36,762 nucleotides of DNA from a virus. Taxonomy: Duplodnaviria; Caudoviricetes. Below are positions 24,486 through 34,138 of this stretch, one piece after another (the first letter of the stretch is position 1; each line of letters opens with the position of its first letter). The notes under the pieces were generated by a model. It saw only the letters and a program-made list of their open reading frames with translations, was not told the origin of the DNA and did no database searches. A program made the position numbers and the translations under genes. The DNA lies in the IMG/VR virus record IMGVR_UViG_3300025325_000084, positions 1 to 36,762 of that record; one strand, given 5' to 3'.

Positions 24486-25052
24486 ATGGAAGTAACTTTT
24501 CTGATCCCCACCTTAGGAAGATATTCTATTCATCAGGCTTTAGGAAGCTTAAGGGATCAAACTAATCCTAACTGGAAAGCTATTGTGGTATTCGATAATC
24601 ACGACATTACCATAAGTACGGATGAAAAAGTATCTGCATATAGATTTGATAAACCGTTAGGTCAAGGGCCTGGAATAGTAAGAAACTATGCATTTCCATT
24701 TGTAGATACCGATTGGATTGCCTTTTTAGATGATGATGATTATGTAGATAAAACTTATGTAGATAGAATATTTCATTATGCTAAAGCTAATTATGATTTA
24801 ATTAACTTCACATATAGAGATGTTAACTCTGGAAATACTCAACCATCACCAGGAATGAAAGTTCCACAATACTGTCATATAGGAATGTCTGTAGCTGTGA
24901 GAACTTCTTTAGTTCGGGATAATAATATCCAGTTTATTCCAGGTTCTTGTGAGGATTGGTTTTTTATAGATGATTGTGTTCAAGCCGGGGCCAAGTATAT
25001 TCTAACGGGGGAGATTTTATATTTTGTTGGTAAGAGGAGTGGTTGGAGATGA
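24486..25052 (+). CDS. Glycosyltransferase family 2
   Basis: LIPT.GR, SL..QT, G.VRN, WIAFLDDDD, ED. Confidence 0.85.
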   Translation: MEVTFLIPTLGRYSIHQALGSLRDQTNPNWKAIVVFDNHDITISTDEKVSAYRFDKPLGQGPGIVRNYAFPFVDTDWIAFLDDDDYVDKTYVDRIFHYAKANYDLINFTYRDVNSGNTQPSPGMKVPQYCHIGMSVAVRTSLVRDNNIQFIPGSCEDWFFIDDCVQAGAKYILTGEILYFVGKRSGWR

Positions 25053-26602
25053 TTAAACCCAAAATCTCTCAAGAAGATTTACAACTATACGAGATATTAA
25101 GAAATCCTGCATTATGTACAGAATTTATATACAACTTAGATAAGACTTCGTGGGAAGAACCTTTTGAATTTACATTATACCAAAAAGAAATCCTATGCGA
25201 TTTTCATGATCATGTTAGTGTTACAACAGCTAGAGCTGTAGGAAAGACTGTATCCCTTTCATCTTTGATCATATGGATGCTTATTTTTAATGTGTATGGC
25301 AGAGATTATATTGTGTACACAGTTCCAAACAGAGCTCACTTACAACCTGTTTGGCAGAATCTACAAAGAAGCTTCAGATCAAATTCTCTATTAAAAATGT
25401 TCATCCCCACGGGTGGGGGGTTTAATAGTTCAGTTTTTGAAATTAACTTAACAAATAACGCAGCTCTTACTTGTAGAATTGCCGGTATGACTGGAACAGG
25501 AGCTAATGTAATCGGCTTACATACTCCTGTAGTTTTACTTGACGAAGCTGGGTACTATCCTTGGGGTACTTGGGTAGAATTACAACCAATTCTAAATACA
25601 TTTACTGAAGGACACAGGCAAATAGTTTCTGGAGTTCCCACCGGAGTTAGAGAAAAGAATGTTTTATTTACGGCAGATCAAGAAGATCCATCCTACACTA
25701 AACATAGAGCTACAGCTTTTGATAATCCTAGGTTTATGGAAAGTGATCATCAACATGCTATTGAACAGTACGGAGGAGAAGACTCTGAGGATTATATTCA
25801 CTTAGTTCTAGGTAAACACGGAGCTCCTGTTTATGCCCTATTCGATAGGAATTTATTTGAAATATCTAATTACAGAACTTATAAACTTATTATCAATGGT
25901 ATTGAACTAAAAGATAATATAGCTAATTATATTCCAAAATTAGCTATGTTTCCATTAATGGGAAATGAAAGAAAGGGAATAGTTTTATTTGGAGTAGATT
26001 TAGGATACACAGATCCGACAGCCATAACTATTATGTATGAAGATATTAATGGAAGATTAAAGTTTCATGGAAGGGTTCAGCTAAATAAAGTATCCTACAA
26101 TCTACAGGATAAAATTATTGACTACCTGGATTCTAAGTTTGATCCAAGCATTATAGCTATTGATCAAGGTTCGTCTGGTATTGCAGTAATTCAAAGAATG
26201 CAAGAAGCAGACGAATACCTGCACAAAAATTATGCTAAAAGAATTATACCTATTAACTTTTCCGCATTTATTGATCACGGTGTGGATCAAGATGGAAAAG
26301 AATTAAAGACAAGAGTACGACCATTCTCGGTTTCAGTTCTACAAGAATACTCTAATAGCCACAGAATAGTTTATACTTCTACAGATATGGAGTTAATTTC
26401 GGAGCTGGAAAGAATGACATATACAAAAAGTCCATCAGGAGAGATATCCTATAAGACTCTAACTCCTAGAGGAGGCAAGAGAGGAGAAGATCACTTTACA
26501 TCTTCTTTACTTTGTGCATCTTTAGCTTATTATTTGGAAAAAGATTTTACAAACTATAAAAAGAGAGTTAAAAAGCTAGCAGCCCCTAGATGGATCACAT
26601 GA
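25049..26602 (+). CDS. terL: Terminase large subunit
   Basis: YQ, Walker A ARAVGKT, Walker B LLDEAG, GVP, DNP, nuclease GVDLG..DPT, DH. Confidence 0.9.
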   Translation: MIKPKISQEDLQLYEILRNPALCTEFIYNLDKTSWEEPFEFTLYQKEILCDFHDHVSVTTARAVGKTVSLSSLIIWMLIFNVYGRDYIVYTVPNRAHLQPVWQNLQRSFRSNSLLKMFIPTGGGFNSSVFEINLTNNAALTCRIAGMTGTGANVIGLHTPVVLLDEAGYYPWGTWVELQPILNTFTEGHRQIVSGVPTGVREKNVLFTADQEDPSYTKHRATAFDNPRFMESDHQHAIEQYGGEDSEDYIHLVLGKHGAPVYALFDRNLFEISNYRTYKLIINGIELKDNIANYIPKLAMFPLMGNERKGIVLFGVDLGYTDPTAITIMYEDINGRLKFHGRVQLNKVSYNLQDKIIDYLDSKFDPSIIAIDQGSSGIAVIQRMQEADEYLHKNYAKRIIPINFSAFIDHGVDQDGKELKTRVRPFSVSVLQEYSNSHRIVYTSTDMELISELERMTYTKSPSGEISYKTLTPRGGKRGEDHFTSSLLCASLAYYLEKDFTNYKKRVKKLAAPRWIT

Positions 26603-26613
26603 GGTAAAACACT

Positions 26614-28107
26614 ATGACAGAACCAAGAAAGTTAGCTCAAGCACAAATGTTTACCAGCGTTCTTCCATCTGCGGGTAATCCGTGGTCTACTACAGAAGTA
26701 GATAAAATGGAAGTAAAGGATTTAAATACATTTGCTAAAATAGTAGATGCATGTAGATTCTTTTATAGACACGACAGTATTGTTTCATCCGTTATTAATA
26801 AAAGTATAGATATTGGGATTAATGATTTAGTTTTTGATAGTAAAGATTTAACATCTAATGCCAAGAAAGTTGTAGAGGGGTTACTTCCAGAACTTCACGA
26901 CTTTGCTGAAACTATGGCATTAGAATTTTTGGTGTCAGGATTAGTAGTTCCCGAAATAAAATATGCTAACGTAACTAGAGATCAATTAAAAGAAATGAGC
27001 ATCAAGAAGTTTGAAACTCTAGTTATGCCTGTAGCTATGTGGGTTCGTGATCCAACATCTATAAAAATAAACTATACAATGGTAATGGATAAACCGTCCT
27101 ACTATGTTAAAGTTCCAGAGAAACTAATCCAATTTATTTTAGGTAAAGGAACGTATGCAGACGGAACAAAAGATCCAGAATTATATGCTAAATTAAAAGC
27201 TTACTATCCAGAATTTATATTAAAAGTAGAAGAAAAACAAGAATATATTCTAATAGAGGACGACAGTTTGATCTTCAGGAACAGGCCTATATCAGATTCT
27301 CCCTACCCTACTCCTTATTTATACGCAGCTTTAGAACCATTAAAGCACAAGAGAAATCTAAGAAGAATGGATTACTCTATTGCCGCTAGAGTTATCGGAG
27401 CTATCCAGCTATTTAGATTGGGTAATGATGAGTTTCCAGTAACAGAAGATCAAGACGAACAGTTCCAAGCTATTAAAGATCAAATGTATTGGAGATTAAC
27501 TTCCCAAAAAGATATAGAAAGAATCTTCCAACTATTCGCTAACCACACTCTACAGATCGACTGGATATTTCCTCCAGTAGAAGCTCTTCTAAATGAAAAT
27601 AAATACAAAGAAGTTAATGAAGATATCATGATAGCTCTAGGATTTCCTAAAATATTAATTACTGGAGAGGTAACAAAAACCGGAACTTCTAATCCAGAGT
27701 TTGCTACAATGGCCCCAACTAAAACTCTAGAAGCCATGAGAAAAAGAATACTAAGAGTTTTGAATAGAGTTATTGATGTTACTTTTGAAGAGAATGGATT
27801 TAGTGGAGATACCACTCTAAAGTTTACTCAAATGAATCTATCAGAATTCAGTACTCTAGTAGAGGGTCTAACTAAACTGTATAACACTGGAAACCTTTCT
27901 AGAAAATCCTACTCAGGAGCTTTTGGATACGATATAGAAGAGGAAATGAAACAAAGATCAGATGAAAAAGAATTGTTAACTCAATACGGACTAGATGAAT
28001 TCAATCCACAACCCTTTACTCCTTCAGCAAATAACAACAATACCGCCCCTCCAAGTAACAAACCCAAGATAAATCCACAGGAAAATCAGAAAAATCCTCA
28101 AAAATAG
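26614..28107 (+). CDS. Portal protein
   Basis: 497 aa, directly after TerL; I..ALGFP..L motif; low-complexity C-tail. Confidence 0.75.
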   Translation: MTEPRKLAQAQMFTSVLPSAGNPWSTTEVDKMEVKDLNTFAKIVDACRFFYRHDSIVSSVINKSIDIGINDLVFDSKDLTSNAKKVVEGLLPELHDFAETMALEFLVSGLVVPEIKYANVTRDQLKEMSIKKFETLVMPVAMWVRDPTSIKINYTMVMDKPSYYVKVPEKLIQFILGKGTYADGTKDPELYAKLKAYYPEFILKVEEKQEYILIEDDSLIFRNRPISDSPYPTPYLYAALEPLKHKRNLRRMDYSIAARVIGAIQLFRLGNDEFPVTEDQDEQFQAIKDQMYWRLTSQKDIERIFQLFANHTLQIDWIFPPVEALLNENKYKEVNEDIMIALGFPKILITGEVTKTGTSNPEFATMAPTKTLEAMRKRILRVLNRVIDVTFEENGFSGDTTLKFTQMNLSEFSTLVEGLTKLYNTGNLSRKSYSGAFGYDIEEEMKQRSDEKELLTQYGLDEFNPQPFTPSANNNNTAPPSNKPKINPQENQKNPQK

Positions 28108-28115
28108 TATAGTTA

Positions 28116-28153
28116 TGCACTAAATGTTGCATAATGTGTTATACTCACAATGA
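28116..28153 (+). promoter_or_regulatory. Promoter for head genes, same class as the divergent pair
   Basis: TGCACTAAA...TGTTATACTCACAATGAG (16/17 match to the divergent 17-mer). Confidence 0.7.
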
Positions 28154-28189
28154 GGGGAGGAATATATATTCTATTCCCAGGAGCTTATT

Positions 28190-29182
28190 ATGGAAGATGA
28201 AAAAATAATTATAAAAGAATTTCAGTTAGAATTGGTCGAGCTTTCAGAAATGGAGGCTGAGGCAGCTGTTACTACTAACTCACAGTTTAACTATCTAAAG
28301 TTTATTCTGACTGATAACAAACCAAACGCTAATAAGCAAAGAGTTCCAACAGAGGAATTCCCGAACTTAGTAAAAACTGGATATTTTGCGCCTTTAAAGA
28401 TGGCACTAGGAACTATCGGTGACGGCCATGCCCAGGCTGTTCCTCTAGGAGTCATCACACACTTGAAACAAACAGAAAATGATATCAGAGGTATTGCAGC
28501 TTTATGGACTAAAGAAAGACCAGAAGATGTTGCTCTCATTAAGAAAGCTTATGCTGAAAAAATTCCATTGAATGTCAGTTGGGAAATTTCCTATATAGAT
28601 TCTTTAATGGATGATGAGGGTATTGAAAATCTTTCAGGTACTTCTTTAAGAGCAGCTACTATAGTAGGAATGCCAGCCTACCAGGGTAGAACTCCCATTT
28701 TTGCTGTAGCTTCTGACAATAAGGAGGATAAAACCTTGGACGAGCTAGAAACCTTAAAAACACAGCTCCAGGAAGCACAGGATAATCTAATCAAAGCAGA
28801 AGCAAAAACTGTTGAATTAGATAATAAAGTTAAAGAAATAGAAGTTTTACTTCCAGAACTGGATATTCTCAGAGAGTACAAAGCATCTATTGAGAAGGTA
28901 CAGGCAGAGGAAGCTAAGCTAGATGCAATTAAAGCTAGATTCAAAGAAGTTGGTATTGCTAAGGAAGATGAGTACTTTGCATCCAACAGAGAAAATCTAA
29001 TTAATATGCCAACAGAAGCTTTAGATTTTATGCTTCAAGAGCTGGTAGCTTTTTCTTCTAAAAAAGAAGAGAAGGCTGAAAAGAAAATAACAATTCCAAA
29101 TCTTGAAGGAGACGATGATATAGATTTATCCGATCCCAAAGAGATTGCGAAAGCACTCAGAGAACTAAACTCTCGTAAATAG
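28190..29182 (+). CDS. Prohead protease-scaffold fusion
   Basis: NANKQ, H, VSWE, PAY motifs in the N-half; acidic coiled-coil C-half; between portal and capsid. Confidence 0.75.
   Translation: MEDEKIIIKEFQLELVELSEMEAEAAVTTNSQFNYLKFILTDNKPNANKQRVPTEEFPNLVKTGYFAPLKMALGTIGDGHAQAVPLGVITHLKQTENDIRGIAALWTKERPEDVALIKKAYAEKIPLNVSWEISYIDSLMDDEGIENLSGTSLRAATIVGMPAYQGRTPIFAVASDNKEDKTLDELETLKTQLQEAQDNLIKAEAKTVELDNKVKEIEVLLPELDILREYKASIEKVQAEEAKLDAIKARFKEVGIAKEDEYFASNRENLINMPTEALDFMLQELVAFSSKKEEKAEKKITIPNLEGDDDIDLSDPKEIAKALRELNSRK
28736..29182 (+). CDS. Putative nested in-frame scaffold protein
   Basis: AAGGAGG (28721-28727) followed by in-frame TTG at the start of the coiled coil. Confidence 0.55.
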   Translation: MDELETLKTQLQEAQDNLIKAEAKTVELDNKVKEIEVLLPELDILREYKASIEKVQAEEAKLDAIKARFKEVGIAKEDEYFASNRENLINMPTEALDFMLQELVAFSSKKEEKAEKKITIPNLEGDDDIDLSDPKEIAKALRELNSRK

Positions 29183-29195
29183 GAGAATGTAAAAA

Positions 29196-29756
29196 ATGGA
29201 AATCAACAAGTATACTGATATTACTGGTGTGGTAACTGTTGAAGATGTTGTAGAAGGTAGAATGGTTCTGCTAGTTAATTCTAGCGAAACTCATGACTAT
29301 GGTTCTAGAGAGGATTTACCAGGAGTAAGAATTCCTGCTGATTCCACAGAAGCTGCGAAAGCTAGATTTTGTTTAACTTGGGCAGTCGATAATACTCAAC
29401 CTCCAATCTACAACCCTTACCCAACAGTAGCTAATACTTCTTTACGGTGGGGATTTGACGGAGCTGCGAATGTTCCATTTGCCGCTACTGTTTATCTGTC
29501 CTCACTAAGCAATACCGAAGGATTAACTATCCCATCAGGTACTCTAGCTTTAGCTTTTGGCCCTGGTGTATTTACTATTCCTTCCGGTGGATTTGTTTAT
29601 AGTGCAAATCTAGTCGCAGGAGCTTACCTAGAAGTACTCAATACAGCTGACGATGGAGCTGATGCGGGTAAACTTAACTACACAGCCTCTGTTAGTTTTG
29701 CCGAAGTTATGGAGTTGGATGCAGATCAGAACCTAACCTTCCGCATCCTTTACTAA
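29196..29756 (+). CDS. Putative capsid decoration/cement protein
   Basis: Beta-rich protein between scaffold and major capsid. Confidence 0.55.
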   Translation: MEINKYTDITGVVTVEDVVEGRMVLLVNSSETHDYGSREDLPGVRIPADSTEAAKARFCLTWAVDNTQPPIYNPYPTVANTSLRWGFDGAANVPFAATVYLSSLSNTEGLTIPSGTLALAFGPGVFTIPSGGFVYSANLVAGAYLEVLNTADDGADAGKLNYTASVSFAEVMELDADQNLTFRILY

Positions 29757-29777
29757 AATTCAGGAGGTCACAAAAAC

Positions 29778-30701
29778 ATGGATGAATTAAAATTAAAGGA
29801 AGCTATTGCGTCATTGGCTGAAGATAAAGGGAAAAGAGATGCATTAGCTGAAATGTTCGTGGAGTATATCCAACCAAATCATATCGTTGTAGATTTTGTT
29901 GGTATGCTTCTAAATGCTAGAGCTCTAAAAGAGGGCGACTCCCTAGTAAAGAAACTAAGAAGTCAAGCCAGAGTTAGAACTCTAGTTCCAGGTTCTATCC
30001 ATCTCAAAGACGAGATCACCGTACAGGCCAGAGCTAACTATATGTTAGACGGTGCTGATGTTGGTGTAACTTGGAATGAGTGGGAAATGGAAGCTGGAGA
30101 TATTGGAACAGTAGAAGAAATTAGAAGTGAAATGCTAGCTCAACTAAGGGACTACTACCAGACTAAAGTCTTTACAGCTCTTTCTACAATCTGGACAGCT
30201 GTCAATACTCCTAACAACTTCGTAAATGTTGGTGGAGCTATTAATGCTACCGTTTTGAAAGCTGGTATTGATTATGTCAATCAGACTACTGGTGGAGTAA
30301 AAGCTGTAGTTGGTGCTAGATCAGCTCTAACTCCAGTTACTGAATTCGGTGCTTTCTGGAAAGATGATTTCTCTGCTGTAACTCCAACTACAGTTGGAAT
30401 TGATTCTAGACTTGAGCAGGTTATGAGAGAGGGTTGGCTAGGTACTTACTACGGAGCTCCTCTTGTAGCTATTAATCAGGTTTGGGATAATCCAGCAGGT
30501 CATAATGCACTAATTCCTGTTGATAAGGTTCTAATTATTGGTGAGAATGTTGGTGAGTTTATTACTTATGGTGATGTTAAACAAAAACAATATAGTGATC
30601 CTAAACCAACTCCCCCTCAATGGTTCTTGGAATTCTATCAGAGATTTGGTCTAATGATCTGGAAAGCCGAAGGTTTGTACGTATTGGGTGGATTAAGTTA
30701 A
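29778..30701 (+). CDS. Major capsid protein (HK97 fold, inferred)
   Basis: Strong SD AGGAGG, biased codons, G.LG.YYGAPLV, C-terminal F.....G..I......V pattern, position in head module. Confidence 0.8.
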   Translation: MDELKLKEAIASLAEDKGKRDALAEMFVEYIQPNHIVVDFVGMLLNARALKEGDSLVKKLRSQARVRTLVPGSIHLKDEITVQARANYMLDGADVGVTWNEWEMEAGDIGTVEEIRSEMLAQLRDYYQTKVFTALSTIWTAVNTPNNFVNVGGAINATVLKAGIDYVNQTTGGVKAVVGARSALTPVTEFGAFWKDDFSAVTPTTVGIDSRLEQVMREGWLGTYYGAPLVAINQVWDNPAGHNALIPVDKVLIIGENVGEFITYGDVKQKQYSDPKPTPPQWFLEFYQRFGLMIWKAEGLYVLGGLS

Positions 30702-30714
30702 CTCCCAGGCTGCT

Positions 30715-30807
30715 GAACAGATGTATACAGTCTGTTTACTGTAAGTGAGAGGTAGCAGAGTGCCTGTTAGTGTCTATGCTAGTCATTCATAGAACTCTCA
30801 TCTTTTT
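30715..30807 (+). terminator. Structured element after the capsid gene: hairpin plus three-way junction followed by a U-tract
   Basis: GAACAGA/TCTGTTT; GTGAGAG/CTCTCAT enclosing TAGCAG/CTGTTA and TCTATG/CATAGA; then CTTTTT. Confidence 0.5.
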
Positions 30808-30827
30808 AAATTAAAAGGAGGTTTGGA

Positions 30828-31307
30828 ATGGTACTTCAAGATATAGAAGTTTTCTCGGCTATGCAGACAAGTAAACCGTACCGCACGTATAGAAAGACCG
30901 TTTTAGGTCAAGTATATATAACGGTACTTAATTCTTTCTCTGGAGCTCCCGAAGGAAAATTGTTAAAGGGAAATAAAAATGAAGAGTCTTCTTTAGTAGA
31001 TGTTTGGTCTGAAAAAGAAGATGTATTCTTCAAAAGATTAAATGTTAAGAATATGAAAGCTGGATATGTAGTTGAGTATACCAGACCTGAAACTGCGCCT
31101 ATATCCGGAGAAGAGAAAATGAATACTCTCTCTGATTTAGAACTAAATAAGATTCTTAATAATAAATACATGGCTTTAACAAATGCACTTAATCAAATGA
31201 CTTCCCCAGCTCCCGTTTATAGATTACTTGCTATGGCAGAGGAACAAGAAAAATCTGAAAAGATTGTTGAATGTCTTAGAAAAAGATTATCTGAACTTCA
31301 GGAGTAA
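30828..31307 (+). CDS. Hypothetical head-module protein
   Basis: SD AAGGAGG; directly after the major capsid gene. Confidence 0.7.
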   Translation: MVLQDIEVFSAMQTSKPYRTYRKTVLGQVYITVLNSFSGAPEGKLLKGNKNEESSLVDVWSEKEDVFFKRLNVKNMKAGYVVEYTRPETAPISGEEKMNTLSDLELNKILNNKYMALTNALNQMTSPAPVYRLLAMAEEQEKSEKIVECLRKRLSELQE

Positions 31308-31310
31308 TTA

Positions 31311-32318
31311 ATGGCTAGATTATTCACAGACGGCGCTGAGTTTCAGGATCTTTTGTTCTGGAATCTTGTGCAAGGCGGGCCTGCCATAACCACAGTGGGC
31401 TCAAATGTCCGTTCTGGATTGGCGGCATATAGATACAGTAGTGGATCTCAATACAGTGACAAGATTCTCCCTGCCACTCTATCAGAGTTCTATTTCAGGC
31501 TAGGGTATAAAAGAGACGGGGCTACATCAGCGGGAACTAGAATACCAGCCTGGTTTGCGACTTCGACGGAGCTGGGATCGATCCGGCTGAACACAACTAC
31601 CCATTTTCTTGAACACTATGTGGGTACAACACTGACAACGATGGGAACAATTCAAATCCCAGTAAGTGCTCACTGTGTGGTTGAAGTCCATGTAAAAATT
31701 GGTGATGCTCCGAACGGAATTGTTGAAACTAAGGTAGACGGAATACCGGATATCAGCTTTGCTGGAGATAGCAAACCGGGAGCTGATGCCGCTGCCAATA
31801 TGCTTCGAGTCTACTCTATGGTGTCGTCTGGTATGAACATTGACGATCTAGCTCTCAATGACATCACTGGAGCTGCGGACAACTCTTGGTGCGGGGAGGG
31901 TAGAGTTGCCCTGCTCAAAGGGAATGCAAATGGAGATGTCTCCCAGCTCGTAGGTCAGGACGGAAACAGTGTAGATAATTATCTGAATATCGATGATGTT
32001 CCTCATGATGGAGATACCACCTACAACCAAGGTATTCTCAGTGGAGAATACGACCTATATAACCTACAGGCAAGTGGCCTGAGTAATGTTTCTATTCTCC
32101 GAGGGTGGATAGAAGCCAGAGCTAGAAAGCTGAATGCATCTCCCGAAACCGTCCTGCTTGGCTTGAAAACAGACGGTACTGAATACTGGAACGACAGCCA
32201 CAATCTAATGACAAGTATTACCAGTATCAGAAGGGATCATACGATCAATCCTAAAACGGGTTCTCCCTGGACTATAGCCGATTTGGATGCCCTTCAGGTA
32301 GGGTTCAAAGTGGAGTAA
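31311..32318 (+). CDS. Putative virion protein, concanavalin-A/LamG-like beta-sandwich (paralog 1)
   Basis: F.DGAE, H..VEVHVKI....G..E.K.DG, DDLALND, W.GEG.V, NP.TG.PWT. Confidence 0.65.
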   Translation: MARLFTDGAEFQDLLFWNLVQGGPAITTVGSNVRSGLAAYRYSSGSQYSDKILPATLSEFYFRLGYKRDGATSAGTRIPAWFATSTELGSIRLNTTTHFLEHYVGTTLTTMGTIQIPVSAHCVVEVHVKIGDAPNGIVETKVDGIPDISFAGDSKPGADAAANMLRVYSMVSSGMNIDDLALNDITGAADNSWCGEGRVALLKGNANGDVSQLVGQDGNSVDNYLNIDDVPHDGDTTYNQGILSGEYDLYNLQASGLSNVSILRGWIEARARKLNASPETVLLGLKTDGTEYWNDSHNLMTSITSIRRDHTINPKTGSPWTIADLDALQVGFKVE

Positions 32319-32321
32319 ATT

Positions 32322-33308
32322 ATGAGAGTATTTACAGATGGAGCTGAATTTGCCGATTCGTTGTTCTGGACAGTTTTCCCAAGCTGGACAGTATCTAATC
32401 TTCTTCCAAGATCGGGTGTTTACTCTTATAGAAATGCCCTAAGCTCAGCAGTTGTCATCACAAAAACGATAGCAGCTCTTTCAGAATTTTACTGGAAAGG
32501 AGTCTATAACTATCCTTTAAATAGCACAAGGCTCTTCGTTTGGTATAACGGAACAACAGAACTTGGCTCAGTCCGGCTCAATACTGGCACAGGCTGTCTT
32601 TCTCTTTATACAGGTACAACAACTCTCGTCGCATCTGGAACGATCCCATTCCCAATAAACGCTCATGTAATGCTAGAGGTTCACGTCAAAATAGACGATG
32701 CTGCTGGTGTTATCGAAACTAAGCTAGACGCTATATCTGACGTATCTTTCTCCGGTGACACAAAACCGGGAACAGCGACCGACGTGGATGTTATTGGAGT
32801 CGCTGCCACAGGCAGTACTGCAGAACCGGGCTATCTAGATGATATCGCTCTCAATGATACGACAGGTGGGGTAGATGATGGTTGGTGTGGAGATGGAAAA
32901 GTAGCTTTACAAATGCCTGACTCAGCCGGTGATGTAACAGGTCTTTCCCCCTCCGCTGGAGCTAATTGGGAGTGTGTGAATGAGCTCCCTCATAACACCG
33001 ACACCGACTACGTACAAGATACCGTGGTAGATGACTACGATCTCTACAATCTATTACCGTGTGGTCTTTCTGGTGTAACTATTCAGCGGGTTTGGGCAGA
33101 ATCCAGGGCTAGAGATACAGTAGCAGCCGGAGGATTGTGCCAAGTAGGACTGAAAACCGTAGCCACCGAATACTGGTCTGGAGATCTTAGCCTTCTAACA
33201 ACCTATACCCCAAAGATTGGGGTTGATCATACTGTAAATCCTAACACCCTAGCAGCCTGGACTACAGATCAGTTGGATGCTTTACAAGTGGGGTTCAAGG
33301 TGCGCTAA
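32322..33308 (+). CDS. Putative virion protein (paralog 2)
   Basis: Aligns end to end with 31311-32318 (e.g. LDALQVGFKV shared). Confidence 0.65.
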   Translation: MRVFTDGAEFADSLFWTVFPSWTVSNLLPRSGVYSYRNALSSAVVITKTIAALSEFYWKGVYNYPLNSTRLFVWYNGTTELGSVRLNTGTGCLSLYTGTTTLVASGTIPFPINAHVMLEVHVKIDDAAGVIETKLDAISDVSFSGDTKPGTATDVDVIGVAATGSTAEPGYLDDIALNDTTGGVDDGWCGDGKVALQMPDSAGDVTGLSPSAGANWECVNELPHNTDTDYVQDTVVDDYDLYNLLPCGLSGVTIQRVWAESRARDTVAAGGLCQVGLKTVATEYWSGDLSLLTTYTPKIGVDHTVNPNTLAAWTTDQLDALQVGFKVR

Positions 33309-33682
33309 TGGCTAAACGAGCTACTAATATTGGAACTCAAACTGAGTACATCGACTCGGACAATCAGAAACGAGCGACTAATATCGGTGTTCAGGTCGAG
33401 TATAAGGATATCGACAACCAGAAACGAGCAACCAACATTGGTGTCCAAACCGAATATTTGGGAGAGCAAGCTTTTAGAGTTACCCAAGAGGGTTTTGGAG
33501 TGGAGTATGCTGACGATCAAGCTTTTAGAGTTACTGCTATTGGCTTCCAGGTTGAGTATATTGTAATTAGAGGCAAACCGCCCAAGCCCCCTAAACCACC
33601 AGGAGGAGGTAAATTTTTACCCCCATCGGAAGGGCCGGACTTAATTAGCTCTTATCCATCTATACCACATTTGAGGATTTAA
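33308..33682 (+). CDS. Repeat protein: five RxTxxGx(Q/G)xEY units plus Pro/Lys-rich tail
   Basis: KRATNIGxQxEY x3 (18-aa period), RVTxxGFxVEY x2, KPPKPPKPPGGG. Confidence 0.7.
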   Translation: MAKRATNIGTQTEYIDSDNQKRATNIGVQVEYKDIDNQKRATNIGVQTEYLGEQAFRVTQEGFGVEYADDQAFRVTAIGFQVEYIVIRGKPPKPPKPPGGGKFLPPSEGPDLISSYPSIPHLRI

Positions 33683-33686
33683 ATTT

Positions 33687-34136
33687 ATGGCTAGATTTTA
33701 TGGAATCGCACAAACCGCAGAAGTAGTTTTAGTTGCAGCTACAGCAAAAACAGTTATTCAATTAATAGCTCCAGCAAACCATAGAGTAGTTTTAACTGGT
33801 TGGGGGGTTTTCTTTGACGGAACATCTGCTAATGCCGAACCAGTTCAAGTTAGATTACTGAGACAAACTAGTGCTGGAACTATGTCCTCTTTAACTCCTG
33901 TCAAGATGGATGGAAGTCTAGCAGAAACTATTCTAACTACATCTCAACACTCTGCATCAGCAGAACCTACAGCTGGAGATGTTGTAGACATTATTGAATG
34001 TCATCCTCAGGGAGGATTTGAAAAACTATTTCCACTTATGCAAGAAATAATTATTCAAGGTGGAGGTAGAGTGGGTTTGGAATTAACAGCTCCGGCTAAC
34101 GTTAATGTAAGAGCTAAGTTTATCTTTGAGGAATAG
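33687..34136 (+). CDS. Putative virion beta-sandwich protein
   Basis: Ala/Thr/Val-rich, within the structural module. Confidence 0.6.
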   Translation: MARFYGIAQTAEVVLVAATAKTVIQLIAPANHRVVLTGWGVFFDGTSANAEPVQVRLLRQTSAGTMSSLTPVKMDGSLAETILTTSQHSASAEPTAGDVVDIIECHPQGGFEKLFPLMQEIIIQGGGRVGLELTAPANVNVRAKFIFEE

Positions 34137-34138
34137 AA

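Noticed and set aside
24448-24495. 15-aa ORF bridging GT25 and GT2
   Set aside because: May be a coupling peptide or gene remnant, but too short to support
33314-33560. ~54-bp periodic DNA repeats as a CRISPR array or DGR repeat
   Set aside because: Repeats are in-frame with synonymous variation, so they are protein repeats; no reverse transcriptase is present
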